Shown here piece after piece: positions 1 to 9,657 of a DNA stretch of 64,000 nt. Numbering within the stretch: position 1 is the stretch's first letter; every line of letters starts with the position of its first letter. The translations under genes were made by a program, and so were the position numbers. This stretch comes from an uncultured Bacilli bacterium (GTDB taxonomy: Bacteria > Bacillota_I > Bacilli_A > RF39 > UBA660). Below the pieces are notes generated by a model. It saw only the letters and a program-made list of their open reading frames with translations, was not told the DNA's origin and did not search any database. The DNA lies in contig CALVRA010000002.1 of assembly GCA_944358415.1 (NCBI GenBank), forward strand, positions 25,769-89,768, read 5' to 3'.

Positions 1-204
1 TTAAATCAATGTATGCTTAGCAGTCAGGATGTTTCTGATTTTGAGTTTGAGACTGGTCTTACAGTGTTTGCAACTATTCCACCTTTAAATGATCAAAGTG
101 ATGAAAATGAAGCTTTGGATAAGTTTTTTGTTAAACTCGGTTTTTATAAACAAGATTCTTCTAATGAGGGTGATAAAAAAGGAATTATGGGGTTATTTAA
201 ATAA
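1..204 (+). CDS. hypothetical protein, 3' end (reading frame is open to the window start)
   Basis: ORF 13..204 is in frame with positions 1-12 and no stop intervenes, so the gene probably starts upstream of the window. No recognisable motifs. Confidence 0.3.
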   Translation, partial: LNQCMLSSQDVSDFEFETGLTVFATIPPLNDQSDENEALDKFFVKLGFYKQDSSNEGDKKGIMGLFK

Positions 205-295
205 TTCTTTGTTCTATTATGGCATTTGTGAGTGATTTTGTAATAGGTTTTTGTTTAGTAAGTTTGTAAATTAATTGTATAAATATCACAATCTA

Positions 296-324
296 TTGAC
301 AAAATCTTTAATAAAAGGTATATT
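296..324 (+). promoter_or_regulatory. sigma-A-type promoter (TTGACA, 17-nt spacer, TATATT) upstream of the first pilin-like gene
   Basis: ttgaca at 296-301, 17-nt spacer, tatatt at 319-324. An aggagg RBS lies at 341-346, before the ATG at 354. Confidence 0.4.
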
Positions 325-353
325 TATTATGTAGATTAAGAGGAGGTTTATAT

Positions 354-707
354 ATGAATTTAGTTAATACGTTGGATTATTGTACTGAGTTTATAGATGG
401 TGGTATTCCAACTGGTATTGGTAATGTTGTTCATTTAATTGTAGTAGCTATTCAAATTGTGGTTCCAATACTTTTAATTATTTGGGGTATGGTTGATTTT
501 GCTAAGGCAATTATTGGACAAGATGAGGATAAGATTAAAGCTGGTCAAAAGTTATTTATAAAAAGACTTATTGCTGCGGTAGTTGTATTCTTGATTGTTA
601 CTATTGTTCAACTTGCTATTAGACTTGCAGCTACTGTTGGTGGCGAAGAAAATAATGCTAATAATGCTTGGACTTGTGCTCAATCATTAATTAGTGGACA
701 AGAGTAG
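354..707 (+). CDS. VirB2/TrbC-like pilin-family small membrane protein of a conjugative T4SS
   Basis: 117 aa. Two long hydrophobic helices separated by a short charged loop (…PILLIIWGMVDFAKAIIGQDEDK…LIAAVVVFLIVTIVQLAI…). Lies within the T4SS gene cluster and is paralogous to ORF 730..1122 and to the C-terminus of ORF 2376..3359. Confidence 0.5.
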   Translation: MNLVNTLDYCTEFIDGGIPTGIGNVVHLIVVAIQIVVPILLIIWGMVDFAKAIIGQDEDKIKAGQKLFIKRLIAAVVVFLIVTIVQLAIRLAATVGGEENNANNAWTCAQSLISGQE

Positions 708-729
708 TTATAGAAAGTAGGAATGAGAT

Positions 730-1122
730 ATGAATTTAATTTATATGTTAGATGCTGCTGATTCGACTTTATGCGAAGGAATTTTAGTTCCTAATACTTT
801 ATTTAATGTTGTTTCAACTATTATTAAAGGTATTAAGATTGTAGTTCCGATATTACTGATTATATGGGGTATGATGGATTTTACAAAGTCTGTTATTGCA
901 AAAAAAGAAGAAGATATTAAAAAATATCAAAAAGCGTTTGTTTCACGTCTTATTTCTGCTTTAATTGTATTTTTAATTATATTTGTTGTTCAATTAGCTG
1001 TTAATTTAGTTTCTGGTGTAGAAGACAAATCGAATCCAGATGGTACAACTGTAAGTGATATTTGGAGTTGTAGTAAGAAATTTATTAATGGTATTGATAC
1101 AAATAATGAAACAGAAGAATAA
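730..1122 (+). CDS. VirB2/TrbC-like pilin-family small membrane protein (paralog of 354..707)
   Basis: 130 aa. Same PILLIIWGMMDFTKSVI…two-helix architecture. Sits immediately downstream of its paralog. Confidence 0.5.
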   Translation: MNLIYMLDAADSTLCEGILVPNTLFNVVSTIIKGIKIVVPILLIIWGMMDFTKSVIAKKEEDIKKYQKAFVSRLISALIVFLIIFVVQLAVNLVSGVEDKSNPDGTTVSDIWSCSKKFINGIDTNNETEE

Positions 1123-1165
1123 GAGTTATCTAACGATAATTCTTTTTTTAATTTTTCTTTGGATA

Positions 1166-2281
1166 TGTGTAGTTGTCAATGATGTGAGACCAAAAAGTCG
1201 TAAAAAATATTAATTAGGAAGCTGTGCGTTAGCACAGTCTTCTTTTAAAATATTTCTTTTTTGAATAGGAGAAATCCAACCTAATACTTGCATAGGAATG
1301 TTATTAGAGCGTTTTAAATAAGCTTTCATTTGTTTTAATAAGTCATTATAAGAATAAAATTTCAAAAAATTATAAAATCTGTTTTGATCATTTCTGTGAC
1401 TACGTTCAACTTTTCCATTATGTCTAGGAGTCCTAGGTCTAATTAATTGATGTTTAATATTTAGTCCATTAAGTAAAACATCTAAAGGATGAATTCTATC
1501 AGTCTTTTTGGTATGAGTAAATTCACTACCGTTATCAGTTTGAATTATTTGAGGCTGATAATTAAAGTAGACAATAGCTCTTTTCACAAAATCAACAGTT
1601 GAATAAGAAGATTGTTCTTTATAAGGATAAATAAATCTTTCACGTGAAGCTTCATCAATCATAGTATATTGATAAAACTTTTCTTTATCTTTGCTAGTAT
1701 AACATTCTTTAGGAACATATTTCACATCCATTTGCCATTTGATTCCAATGTTTTTAGGGGTGTCATAGTGTTTAGGGTTATATTTAGATTTTTTCTCTTT
1801 GTTTACATATATTCCCATTTTTCTCATAAATCTAAAAAGTGATGTAGCATGTCTAGAGTAGCCTTTTTCTACTCGAAGTTTACCATATAATTCACATAAT
1901 GAAATATTGGGGTTTCTTTTTAAATAATTTTTAATCCATTTGATTTCTTCTTCGGTATGAGAATTAGGATGAGGAGTAAGAGGTCTATGAGATTTATCGG
2001 TTAAAGACTCTTTAGACCCATCAAATCTTTTATTCCAACGCATAAGAGAGGCTTTAGATATTTTATATCTTCTGCATACAAAAGATATAGGATAACCATT
2101 TCTATATAATTTAACAGCATAATATCTTGTGTTTAATTCATGTGGAATATATCTTTGAATTTGTGATATAATTGTCATAAGCAATAAGTCCTTTCGTATA
2201 ATTTTTGTTTTCAATTAATATTTTATACGACTTATTGCTTTTTTTCTAGTCTACTGGTCTCACATCAATTGTAACTCTACA
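1166..2281 (-). mobile_element. Insertion sequence (~1.1 kb) with imperfect terminal inverted repeats, flanked by a 25-bp direct repeat
   Basis: Left end is TGTGTAGTTGTCAATGATGTGAGACCA (1166-1192). Reverse complement of the right end is TGTAGAGTTACAATTGATGTGAGACCA (2255-2281). The identical 25-bp direct repeat tctttttttaatttttctttggata occurs at 1141-1165 and 2282-2306. The element encodes a single DDE transposase. Confidence 0.7.
1210..2214 (-). CDS. DDE (rve/integrase-core) transposase, IS481-like by size and motif
   Basis: 334 aa. N-terminal HTH region. Catalytic region has D…TDNGSEF…RPRTPRHNGKVERSHR, the typical IS3/IS481-type DDE motif. A single ORF fills the IS. Confidence 0.7.
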   Translation of the reverse strand: MKTKIIRKDLLLMTIISQIQRYIPHELNTRYYAVKLYRNGYPISFVCRRYKISKASLMRWNKRFDGSKESLTDKSHRPLTPHPNSHTEEEIKWIKNYLKRNPNISLCELYGKLRVEKGYSRHATSLFRFMRKMGIYVNKEKKSKYNPKHYDTPKNIGIKWQMDVKYVPKECYTSKDKEKFYQYTMIDEASRERFIYPYKEQSSYSTVDFVKRAIVYFNYQPQIIQTDNGSEFTHTKKTDRIHPLDVLLNGLNIKHQLIRPRTPRHNGKVERSHRNDQNRFYNFLKFYSYNDLLKQMKAYLKRSNNIPMQVLGWISPIQKRNILKEDCANAQLPN

Positions 2282-2375
2282 TCTTTTTTTAATTTTTCTT
2301 TGGATAGTTATTTGTTCATTTATAAATCTATGGTATAATGTTTATGTATATATTAATTATAAGGTAAGGGATTTT

Positions 2376-3359
2376 ATGAGAAAATATTTGCTTTCAGTAT
2401 TTGTATTATTTTGTTTTATTTTTATTGGAATAAATGATGTAAAAGCGGCAGATAATTGTACATGTTATTATAATGGCCGTTTACAAGATAGTGATTCACA
2501 AGGGAGAAATGAGACTCATTATTTAGTGTCTATTAGTTTTAACAAACAGAATTATAATTCCTCTGGTGATAAAGAAAAGTTTCAACCAAATATTTCATTT
2601 TTTGGTGAAAAAATGTATCACCCTGATACCGAAGAAAGCGGTAAAATAGAAGATGAAACATCTTTAGCAACGTGGTTTACAAGATATTTTCAAGGAGGAG
2701 CTGGAGTTAGTTCATCTCAGGTAGAGTCACTTTTTGATACAGATTGTGATTGTAATGCTGTTGGAACATTGACTTTTATTTCTTCTGCAGGGTCTAAAGA
2801 ATTGTATTATAATATTGATGATTATTATTATATGTTGCCGTCTGATTTGCCAGTTCTTGGTTATAATCGTTTAGATTTGACTTCAATGACTTATGAACAG
2901 TTTCAAGAACAATTGGAGTCTGATAATGTTGGTAATACATCTTCTGGACAAGGTTTTGCTGGAATTCAGGGAATTGTAAATTGGGGCAATCTTATTTCTG
3001 GTACAGGATATTATAATATCGATGATGTTGGAAAAGGATGTAGTACTGTTACACCGATAGCAACTTATTTATCTCAGATTTTTTGGCTTATTTGTGTTGT
3101 TTCAATTATTTTCCTAGTTGTAATGACTGCTATAGATTTTATAAAAGCTATTGTTGGTTCTGAAGAGGACAAATTGTTAAAAGCGTTTAAAAATTTTAAA
3201 ACTAGAATTATTGTTGTGATTATTTTGATTTTATTACCAGCTATAGTTAGTTTTGCTATTAATATTTATAATCAAAATGCTGATAATAGCAATGGTGTTG
3301 TTGAGATTGGTGAAGATGGTAAGCCATTTTGTAATGCTATTGGTGAGGGTAATAATTAA
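2376..3359 (+). CDS. secreted Cys-containing protein with a C-terminal VirB2-like two-helix membrane module
   Basis: Signal peptide MRKYLLSVFVLFCFIFIGINDVKA. The C-terminal ~90 aa (…FLVVMTAIDFIKAIVGSEEDKLLKAF…ILILLPAIVSFAINI) are paralogous to the two small pilin-like proteins. Confidence 0.4.
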   Translation: MRKYLLSVFVLFCFIFIGINDVKAADNCTCYYNGRLQDSDSQGRNETHYLVSISFNKQNYNSSGDKEKFQPNISFFGEKMYHPDTEESGKIEDETSLATWFTRYFQGGAGVSSSQVESLFDTDCDCNAVGTLTFISSAGSKELYYNIDDYYYMLPSDLPVLGYNRLDLTSMTYEQFQEQLESDNVGNTSSGQGFAGIQGIVNWGNLISGTGYYNIDDVGKGCSTVTPIATYLSQIFWLICVVSIIFLVVMTAIDFIKAIVGSEEDKLLKAFKNFKTRIIVVIILILLPAIVSFAINIYNQNADNSNGVVEIGEDGKPFCNAIGEGNN

Positions 3360-3379
3360 TTTGAAGGGAGGTTTGTCTT

Positions 3380-5605
3380 TTGAATGGTTTAGATGTTTTA
3401 ACTGATATATTAAGAACTATAACTTTTTTCTTGGATGATAAAGTTTATGGACTTATACCTACAATTTATGGCTTATTTATGAATTTGTCTCAAATTGATT
3501 TACTTTCTGGGGAAGATAATCCAATTTCAGCTTTGATTAGTCGTATATATGTTTTATTGGGAATATTTATGTTATTTAGATTAGCATTTTCTTTGCTTCA
3601 GTATATGGTTGATCCAAATTCTTTTAGTGATTCAGCTAAAGGTTTTGGAAAATTAGTAACTAATTCTTTAGTTTCTTTAGGTTTATTAGTATTAACTCCT
3701 TGGATTTTTAGTACAGCAATGGAAATTCAAAGTACTATTATTAATCAAAATGTTATTCCTAGTTTGGTTTTAGGAAGTGGTATTACATCTGGTGATGCTG
3801 GCACAAGTACAAATTCAGGTACTGTAATGAGTGCGGATTTTGTACAAGAAATTGCGAAAGATACGCAGTTTATGATGTTTGGAGCGTTTTATTATGTTAA
3901 TGGAAACGTGGTCTCAGAGTGTGCGGAAACACCTGTATTTGGGACTATTGGTATGTCTACTAATGAGTCTTGTTTGGAAACTTTGGATGAAGGTTTTGCT
4001 TCTGAAGAGGCAATATATTCATCGAATGTACAATTGTCTAGTTTTTTTAAGACGGCAGATGAAAATGGTAATGTAACTGATAATCGTAATTTTACGCATT
4101 TTGATAAATTATTATGGTGGAAAATAAACGGAGAATATGTAATTAATTATATTCCATTTATTTCTACAATTGCTGGAATATATGTTGTATTTTTACTTAT
4201 TACATTTTGTGTTGATGTTGCAGTGCGTATTTTAAAATTGGCATTTTTACAAGCTGTTGCACCAATAGCTATCATTTCCTATGTTGACCCTAAGGAATCT
4301 TTAAGTAATAGTAAGCTTTCTAATTGGCTTAAGGAAACAGGCAAAACCTATTTTTCCTTGTTTTTAAGATTAGCTATGATTTATTTAATTTTACTTTTAA
4401 TATCAGCAATTGCGAATACTGTACTTTCTAATGGTAGTCCAATTCAAAATAGTATTTCAGATTCATCTTATACTATGTGGGTTTATTTATTCTTGGTTAT
4501 TGCTTCATTTATGTTTGCTAAAAAAGTACCAGAATTATTGGAAAAGATTTTTGGTATTAAAGGATCTGGTGAATTTAGTTTAAATCCATTTAAGACTATT
4601 AAGGATGTAGCAACTATTCCTGCTATTGCTGCTGGTGGTGCAGCTTTAGGTGCAGGTGTTGGAGCTATGGCTTCAAATACAATAGCTGCATATTCAACTG
4701 TAAAAAATAATTGGGGTAATAATATTAATGATTTTAAAAATAATTTTTCTACTGCAAAAGGGGTTGCTGGAAAGATGGGTGTAATTAAATCTGCTGCATC
4801 ACCATGGCTTGGTATTGGTGGTGGTGCTATTAGTGGCGCTATTCGTGGTGGTAGAGCTGGATATACTGGCAAAAATATGATACAAGGAGCTATTGCCGGT
4901 AGAAAAGCTTCAAATCAAGCACGATATAGACGAGATGTAAATCAAGAGGCAAACTATGGAGTAAAACAACGAGTATTTGATAAAGTTAGTGATTTTGCAG
5001 GTATTAAAAATAAAGATGCAGGTTTAGGAAAAATGGATAAAGATATTAAGATTTTGAAAAAACAAATGTCTGATTTGGATATGCAAGAAAGTGGTGTTAG
5101 AGAGCAAATGGCGGGATATTATAAACAATACAATAGAGATATGTTAGATGATGCAGTAAAAGCAAAAACATATGAAGAATATTTAAAATCTCAAAATATA
5201 AATATTCCTGTTTCGCAATCTGTTACTATGGGAAATACTAATGTTGGAAATGTCGAACAGCAATTTAATGTATCTGCTGAAAATGTTGGTGTAACTGGTG
5301 GCGCGAGGTCAAATGTTAATGAAGATATTGATAATAGAGTTCCAAAGGTTATGCAGGATGTTGTGCCTGAAAGAAATGTTGCTAATTTAGGTGATATTAG
5401 CGGTCAACCATCATTTAATTCAAATCAACAGTCTCAACAAGTTATTGAAATTCCATCTGTAATAATTGATGAGAAAACATTTAATGAATATAAAAACCTT
5501 TCAGATACAGTTGAATCAATTAATAATCAACGTGAAGATTTACGTCAACAAGTTTCACGTTATGAGGATGTGTCTGAGGTTAAAAAATTAAATAAAAAGG
5601 GGTGA
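3380..5605 (+). CDS. VirB6/TrbL-like polytopic T4SS membrane protein (TcpH/ConG-like)
   Basis: 741 aa. N-terminal ~420 aa have multiple TM helices, followed by a Gly/Ala-rich segment and a coiled-coil-like charged C-terminus. Size and position match Gram-positive VirB6 homologs. Confidence 0.5.
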   Translation: MNGLDVLTDILRTITFFLDDKVYGLIPTIYGLFMNLSQIDLLSGEDNPISALISRIYVLLGIFMLFRLAFSLLQYMVDPNSFSDSAKGFGKLVTNSLVSLGLLVLTPWIFSTAMEIQSTIINQNVIPSLVLGSGITSGDAGTSTNSGTVMSADFVQEIAKDTQFMMFGAFYYVNGNVVSECAETPVFGTIGMSTNESCLETLDEGFASEEAIYSSNVQLSSFFKTADENGNVTDNRNFTHFDKLLWWKINGEYVINYIPFISTIAGIYVVFLLITFCVDVAVRILKLAFLQAVAPIAIISYVDPKESLSNSKLSNWLKETGKTYFSLFLRLAMIYLILLLISAIANTVLSNGSPIQNSISDSSYTMWVYLFLVIASFMFAKKVPELLEKIFGIKGSGEFSLNPFKTIKDVATIPAIAAGGAALGAGVGAMASNTIAAYSTVKNNWGNNINDFKNNFSTAKGVAGKMGVIKSAASPWLGIGGGAISGAIRGGRAGYTGKNMIQGAIAGRKASNQARYRRDVNQEANYGVKQRVFDKVSDFAGIKNKDAGLGKMDKDIKILKKQMSDLDMQESGVREQMAGYYKQYNRDMLDDAVKAKTYEEYLKSQNINIPVSQSVTMGNTNVGNVEQQFNVSAENVGVTGGARSNVNEDIDNRVPKVMQDVVPERNVANLGDISGQPSFNSNQQSQQVIEIPSVIIDEKTFNEYKNLSDTVESINNQREDLRQQVSRYEDVSEVKKLNKKG

Positions 5606-5609
5606 TTAA

Positions 5610-5939
5610 ATGAGATTTTTAATTCCGGCTAACTCAAAGAAGTCTATGTTAATATTTGGAGCTTTTACAACTTTTGATTTGATTTTATTTGCTTCTGGGA
5701 TATCTGTAACGATAATTATGCTATTGATTATAGCTCCAAATTCTTTATTTACAGCGGTTATTGATTTAATGCCGGCAGTTATATGTGGTTTTTTGGTACT
5801 ACCGGTACCAAATTACCACAATATTAGAATTATAATTCAAGAAGCTTATAGATTTTTTACAACAAGACAAAAGTTTATTTGGAAAGGATGGTGTGTGAAA
5901 GATGAGTACGCAGAAGAGTCGCAGCAAGTACACAAATGA
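5610..5939 (+). CDS. small two-TM T4SS protein (VirB3/TcpE-like)
   Basis: 109 aa with two hydrophobic helices. Sits immediately upstream of the VirB4 ATPase, as is typical for VirB3-like or TcpE-like proteins. Confidence 0.35.
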   Translation: MRFLIPANSKKSMLIFGAFTTFDLILFASGISVTIIMLLIIAPNSLFTAVIDLMPAVICGFLVLPVPNYHNIRIIIQEAYRFFTTRQKFIWKGWCVKDEYAEESQQVHK

Positions 5940-6453
5940 TTTTGTACCTATAAGGTCAATTACTAATGGAGTTATTATTTGTGATAATAACGAAAAGGTT
6001 ACAGGAGTAAAGATTTTTCCTAGAAATATCTTTATTTTGGAACCTGATTTGCAGAATATGATTATTACTAATTTAAAAAATGTTTATAATATGATTGATT
6101 ATGAATTTTGGATTGTTGTTGCGGATAGACCTGTTGATATTACAGCTTATTTATCAAGATTGCAATTACTTTATAATTCACAGACTAATCCTGTTAAGAG
6201 AAAGTTAATACTAGATGATATTAATAAAGCCAATATGTTTACTACGACTATGAATGTTGTTGATACAGAATATTATGTTTTATTTAAAGAGAAAGATATG
6301 GATAAGATTCAGAAGAAGATTAGGAATTTAATTCAATCTTTTGCTTCTGCTGGTCTTAATGTGGCACAGACTTCTAATGATGATTTAAGAATGATATTAG
6401 ATAATTTCTTAAATGGTGGAATGACTACTAGTTTTGGGACGGTGATGAGTTAA
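5902..6453 (+). CDS. VirB4-family ATPase, N-terminal domain, as a separate ORF (split gene or frameshift)
   Basis: 183 aa. Its stop overlaps the start of the next ORF in TAATG, and the two ORFs are in different frames. The combined length (~777 aa) matches Gram-positive VirB4 (ConE/TcpF). Confidence 0.45.
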   Translation: MSTQKSRSKYTNDFVPIRSITNGVIICDNNEKVTGVKIFPRNIFILEPDLQNMIITNLKNVYNMIDYEFWIVVADRPVDITAYLSRLQLLYNSQTNPVKRKLILDDINKANMFTTTMNVVDTEYYVLFKEKDMDKIQKKIRNLIQSFASAGLNVAQTSNDDLRMILDNFLNGGMTTSFGTVMS

Positions 6454-8237
6454 TGGATATAAGAACACAAATTGCTCCTAAGGGTTTAGAGTTTAAACCT
6501 AGTAGTTTTGTTGCAAGTGACAAGTATTCTACAATTTTAACAGCTATTAGTTATCCTAAAATGATTTCACCTGGTTTTTTAGCTAATTTAACTAGTATTC
6601 CTGGAGTTAAGATGGTTATTAAACATTTACCATTACCATTTAGTGTTATTAATAAAATGATTAATAAAGAGATTGCAGATATGAAGGTTCGTTATCAAGA
6701 AGAACACGATGTAACAATGCAAGAAAAATTACGACAAGATTATGAATCTTTAGAGGAATTTATTAAGCAGTTGGCGGCTACACAAGCTAAAATATATGAC
6801 TTTCAATTACATTTAATGATTACTGCTGATTCTGAAGATGAATTAACAGCTAGAAAATTACAAATTAAAAACTATCTTGAAGCGATGGATATGAGAGCTA
6901 TTCCTTTACGTTTTGAACAAGAAAAAGTTTTAAAAAGTATGCTTCCAATTTTTCCTAAACAAGATATTGAAGAGAGAATTGGAACACCAATTCCTTCTCC
7001 GACTTTGGCGGCTATGTATCCTTATGTATTTGATAGTATTAAAGATCCTGGATTATCTACTTTACTTGGTGTTGATTTTTCTGGTGGTGTTATTTTATTT
7101 AATCAATTTTTATATCAAATTCAAAAGGAGCACAATAGAAATAATGCGAATATGATTATTTTGGGTACTTCTGGTAGTGGTAAGTCTACGGCTGCTAAAT
7201 TACTTTTAAGAAGTCATATTAGAAATGATTATAAAATGGTTTTAATTGATCCTGAAGGTGAACTTGAGGATATGACTAGACTTTATGGTGGAGATTTTAT
7301 TGATCTTGGTAAAGGTGGAGAGTTTGGTATGATTAATCCGCTTGAGATTATTATGGATGCAGATGCGGATGAGATTAAACAAGGTATGGGTTATGCTGTA
7401 CTTACTAGATCTTTACAAACTGTAAAAGCTTTTATGAAGTATTATGATCCATCTATTACGGAAGATGTTTTAAATATTTTTAGTGAGGTTGTTCAGGAAA
7501 CTTATAAAAGATTCGGAATTGATTTTAATACAGACTTTACTCATTTTACTTCTCAGGATTATCCGACTTTTAGAGATGTTTATGCGACTGTTAGGGGTAA
7601 AATTACAGCGATGCCTGATCAAAATAAGGAAAGAGATATTTTAGAGCAGCTTGAGCTTAAATTAAGGCCTTTAATTAGGGAACTTAGATTTTACTTTGAT
7701 GGTAAAACAACTATTTCACCTAAAAGTAATTTTGTAGTATTTAATATTAGAGAATTAATGAATGCGGATGAAAATATTAGAAATGCACTTTTCTTTAATG
7801 TTTTAAAGTATGCATGGAGTTTAACTTTGGATTCTAATATTAATACAGTATTAACGGTTGATGAGGCTCATGTGCTTTTATCTGGTAATAATACTTTAGG
7901 TGCGGACTTTTTAGCGCAAATTCAAAGACGTGCGCGTAAGTATAATACTGGTACAATTATTATTACTCAGCAGCCAACTGATTTTAGTGATCCATCTGTT
8001 ATTACTCAAGGTAAGGCTATTTTTGATAATGCTTCTTATTATTTGATAATGGGATTAAAAAAACAGGCGGTTGAGGATTTGTCTAAGTTAATTGATTTAA
8101 ATGATAATGAGAAAGAAAGTATAAAGGGATATAATCAAGGTGAGGCCTTGTTTGTATGTGGTAGTAAACGTTTAAGAATTAATGTTGTTGTTACACAACA
8201 AGAACTTGATTCATTTGGATCAGGTGGCGGTCTATAG
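6453..8237 (+). CDS. VirB4-family conjugative transfer ATPase (TcpF/ConE/TraE-like), ATPase portion
   Basis: Walker A motif ILGTSGSGKST. Walker B-like motif TVLTVDEAH. 594 aa. Lies in the T4SS cluster. Confidence 0.75.
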   Translation: MDIRTQIAPKGLEFKPSSFVASDKYSTILTAISYPKMISPGFLANLTSIPGVKMVIKHLPLPFSVINKMINKEIADMKVRYQEEHDVTMQEKLRQDYESLEEFIKQLAATQAKIYDFQLHLMITADSEDELTARKLQIKNYLEAMDMRAIPLRFEQEKVLKSMLPIFPKQDIEERIGTPIPSPTLAAMYPYVFDSIKDPGLSTLLGVDFSGGVILFNQFLYQIQKEHNRNNANMIILGTSGSGKSTAAKLLLRSHIRNDYKMVLIDPEGELEDMTRLYGGDFIDLGKGGEFGMINPLEIIMDADADEIKQGMGYAVLTRSLQTVKAFMKYYDPSITEDVLNIFSEVVQETYKRFGIDFNTDFTHFTSQDYPTFRDVYATVRGKITAMPDQNKERDILEQLELKLRPLIRELRFYFDGKTTISPKSNFVVFNIRELMNADENIRNALFFNVLKYAWSLTLDSNINTVLTVDEAHVLLSGNNTLGADFLAQIQRRARKYNTGTIIITQQPTDFSDPSVITQGKAIFDNASYYLIMGLKKQAVEDLSKLIDLNDNEKESIKGYNQGEALFVCGSKRLRINVVVTQQELDSFGSGGGL

Positions 8238-8257
8238 TTTGAGTTGGAGGTGGTAGT

Positions 8258-8953
8258 GTGGCTTTACCGACAGTACTTTTAAAAGCAAAAAATTTGATTT
8301 CAAAAGGTGTGAGTGCGGCAAGAACTGCGAGTGCGGTAAAGTCTGTTACTTCTGATTCTACTGAATCAAAATCGCTTTTTTCAGGAATGAAAATTATAAT
8401 TTTGGCAATTGTAGGTTTAGTGTCATCATTTATTATTATTCCTCTGATATTTATTTTAATTGCTGGATCTACTATTTTTGCTTTTCCAGCTATATTGTTT
8501 GCTGATAATTATGGAGTTTCTAGTGGTTCTAGTGGTGGTAATGGTGGTGTTAGTGGTGGCACTATTGGAAGCGGAGTTGCAGCTTCAGTAGTTGAGTGTG
8601 CTAGGCAGCAAATAGGAAAACCTTATATATGGGCAGCTGAAGGACCTAATTCATTTGATTGTTCTGGGCTTGTTACTTATTGTTATAGGGAGGCTTTAGG
8701 CGTTGAGGTACCTCATCAAACTAAGTTATTAGCTGCTTCTGATAGTTTTGTAACTGTTTCATCTGTAAATGAAATTGGAGCTGGTGATATTATATTAGAT
8801 GGTGGAAATGATATTCATCATGTTGGTATATATACAGGAGCTGGAACAGTAATTCATGCTCCAAAGCCAGGAATGAATGTTGAAGAAGTTTCTTTAGATA
8901 GGTTTAAAAGTTGGGTTGGTGGATTTGAAACTTATAGACGTTTTATAGGATAG
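8258..8953 (+). CDS. membrane-anchored NlpC/P60 family peptidoglycan endopeptidase
   Basis: N-terminal TM segment and a Gly/Ser linker. C-terminal NlpC/P60 signature …PYIWAAEGPNSFDCSGLVTYCY…DIHHVGIYTG…VIHAP (Cys-His-His triad). Confidence 0.7.
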   Translation: MALPTVLLKAKNLISKGVSAARTASAVKSVTSDSTESKSLFSGMKIIILAIVGLVSSFIIIPLIFILIAGSTIFAFPAILFADNYGVSSGSSGGNGGVSGGTIGSGVAASVVECARQQIGKPYIWAAEGPNSFDCSGLVTYCYREALGVEVPHQTKLLAASDSFVTVSSVNEIGAGDIILDGGNDIHHVGIYTGAGTVIHAPKPGMNVEEVSLDRFKSWVGGFETYRRFIG

Positions 8954-8967
8954 TTGGTGGTGATATA

Positions 8968-9642
8968 ATGAAAAAGTTATTAATAATTTGTCTAGTTTTA
9001 TTTTTAACTGGTTGCAGTGCACAATATAATTTGGAAATTAATAATAATAATATTGTTGAAAATGTTACTGTGTCACTTCCAAAACAGTTGGTTAACAGAG
9101 ATTTATTAGATCCATATCTATCAATTGATAATCCTGTATATCCAGGGACTGATTTAGAGGACTATTATAAGAGTTCTTTAAATGAAGATCGCGATAATTA
9201 TTATCTTTCATATAATTATACTCATAATTATGAAAAATTTTCTCAAAGTTTGTTTTTAAAAAGATGTTATGAAAATGTTTATTTTACTGATACTGAAGAT
9301 AAATTATCTCTTTCTACTAGTGATACTTTTATGTGTATAAATATGCTTGATGATGGTTTTTATTTAGATGATGCTAATATTACTATTAAAACTGATATGA
9401 AAGTTATTAGTAATAATGCTGATAAAGTATCTGGTAATAGTTATACTTGGAATATTGATGAGACTAATTATGATAATAAGCCTATTAATTTGATTATTCA
9501 AAAGGATATGAATGTTCAAAATATTATTGTTGAAAATGATAGCTCATTTACACTTATTTTCGTAGTAATTACTGTGTTAGTTTTGCTTTTAGTAATTTTT
9601 ATTTTTATAAGATTGAAGGCAAAAAAGAATAATGCTATTTAA
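8968..9642 (+). CDS. lipoprotein with a C-terminal TM anchor (paralog of 12104..12829)
   Basis: Lipobox LTGCSAQ. C-terminal hydrophobic helix followed by KAKKNN. Shares a …Y(T/I)WN(I/V)D..NY(D/S)(N/D)K(P/S)I… block with ORF 12104. Confidence 0.45.
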   Translation: MKKLLIICLVLFLTGCSAQYNLEINNNNIVENVTVSLPKQLVNRDLLDPYLSIDNPVYPGTDLEDYYKSSLNEDRDNYYLSYNYTHNYEKFSQSLFLKRCYENVYFTDTEDKLSLSTSDTFMCINMLDDGFYLDDANITIKTDMKVISNNADKVSGNSYTWNIDETNYDNKPINLIIQKDMNVQNIIVENDSSFTLIFVVITVLVLLLVIFIFIRLKAKKNNAI

Positions 9643-9657
9643 TTAGGTGGTGTTTAG

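Noticed and set aside
4483-4872. 129-aa minus-strand ORF inside the VirB6-like gene
   Set aside because: Lies antisense to a Gly/Ala-rich coding segment. Pro/Ala-rich translation is typical of antisense reading of GGN/GCN codons. No RBS.
4600-4900. Gly/Ala-rich repetitive nucleotide stretch (possible simple repeat)
   Set aside because: In frame within the VirB6-like protein and encodes a glycine/alanine linker. Not an independent repeat element.
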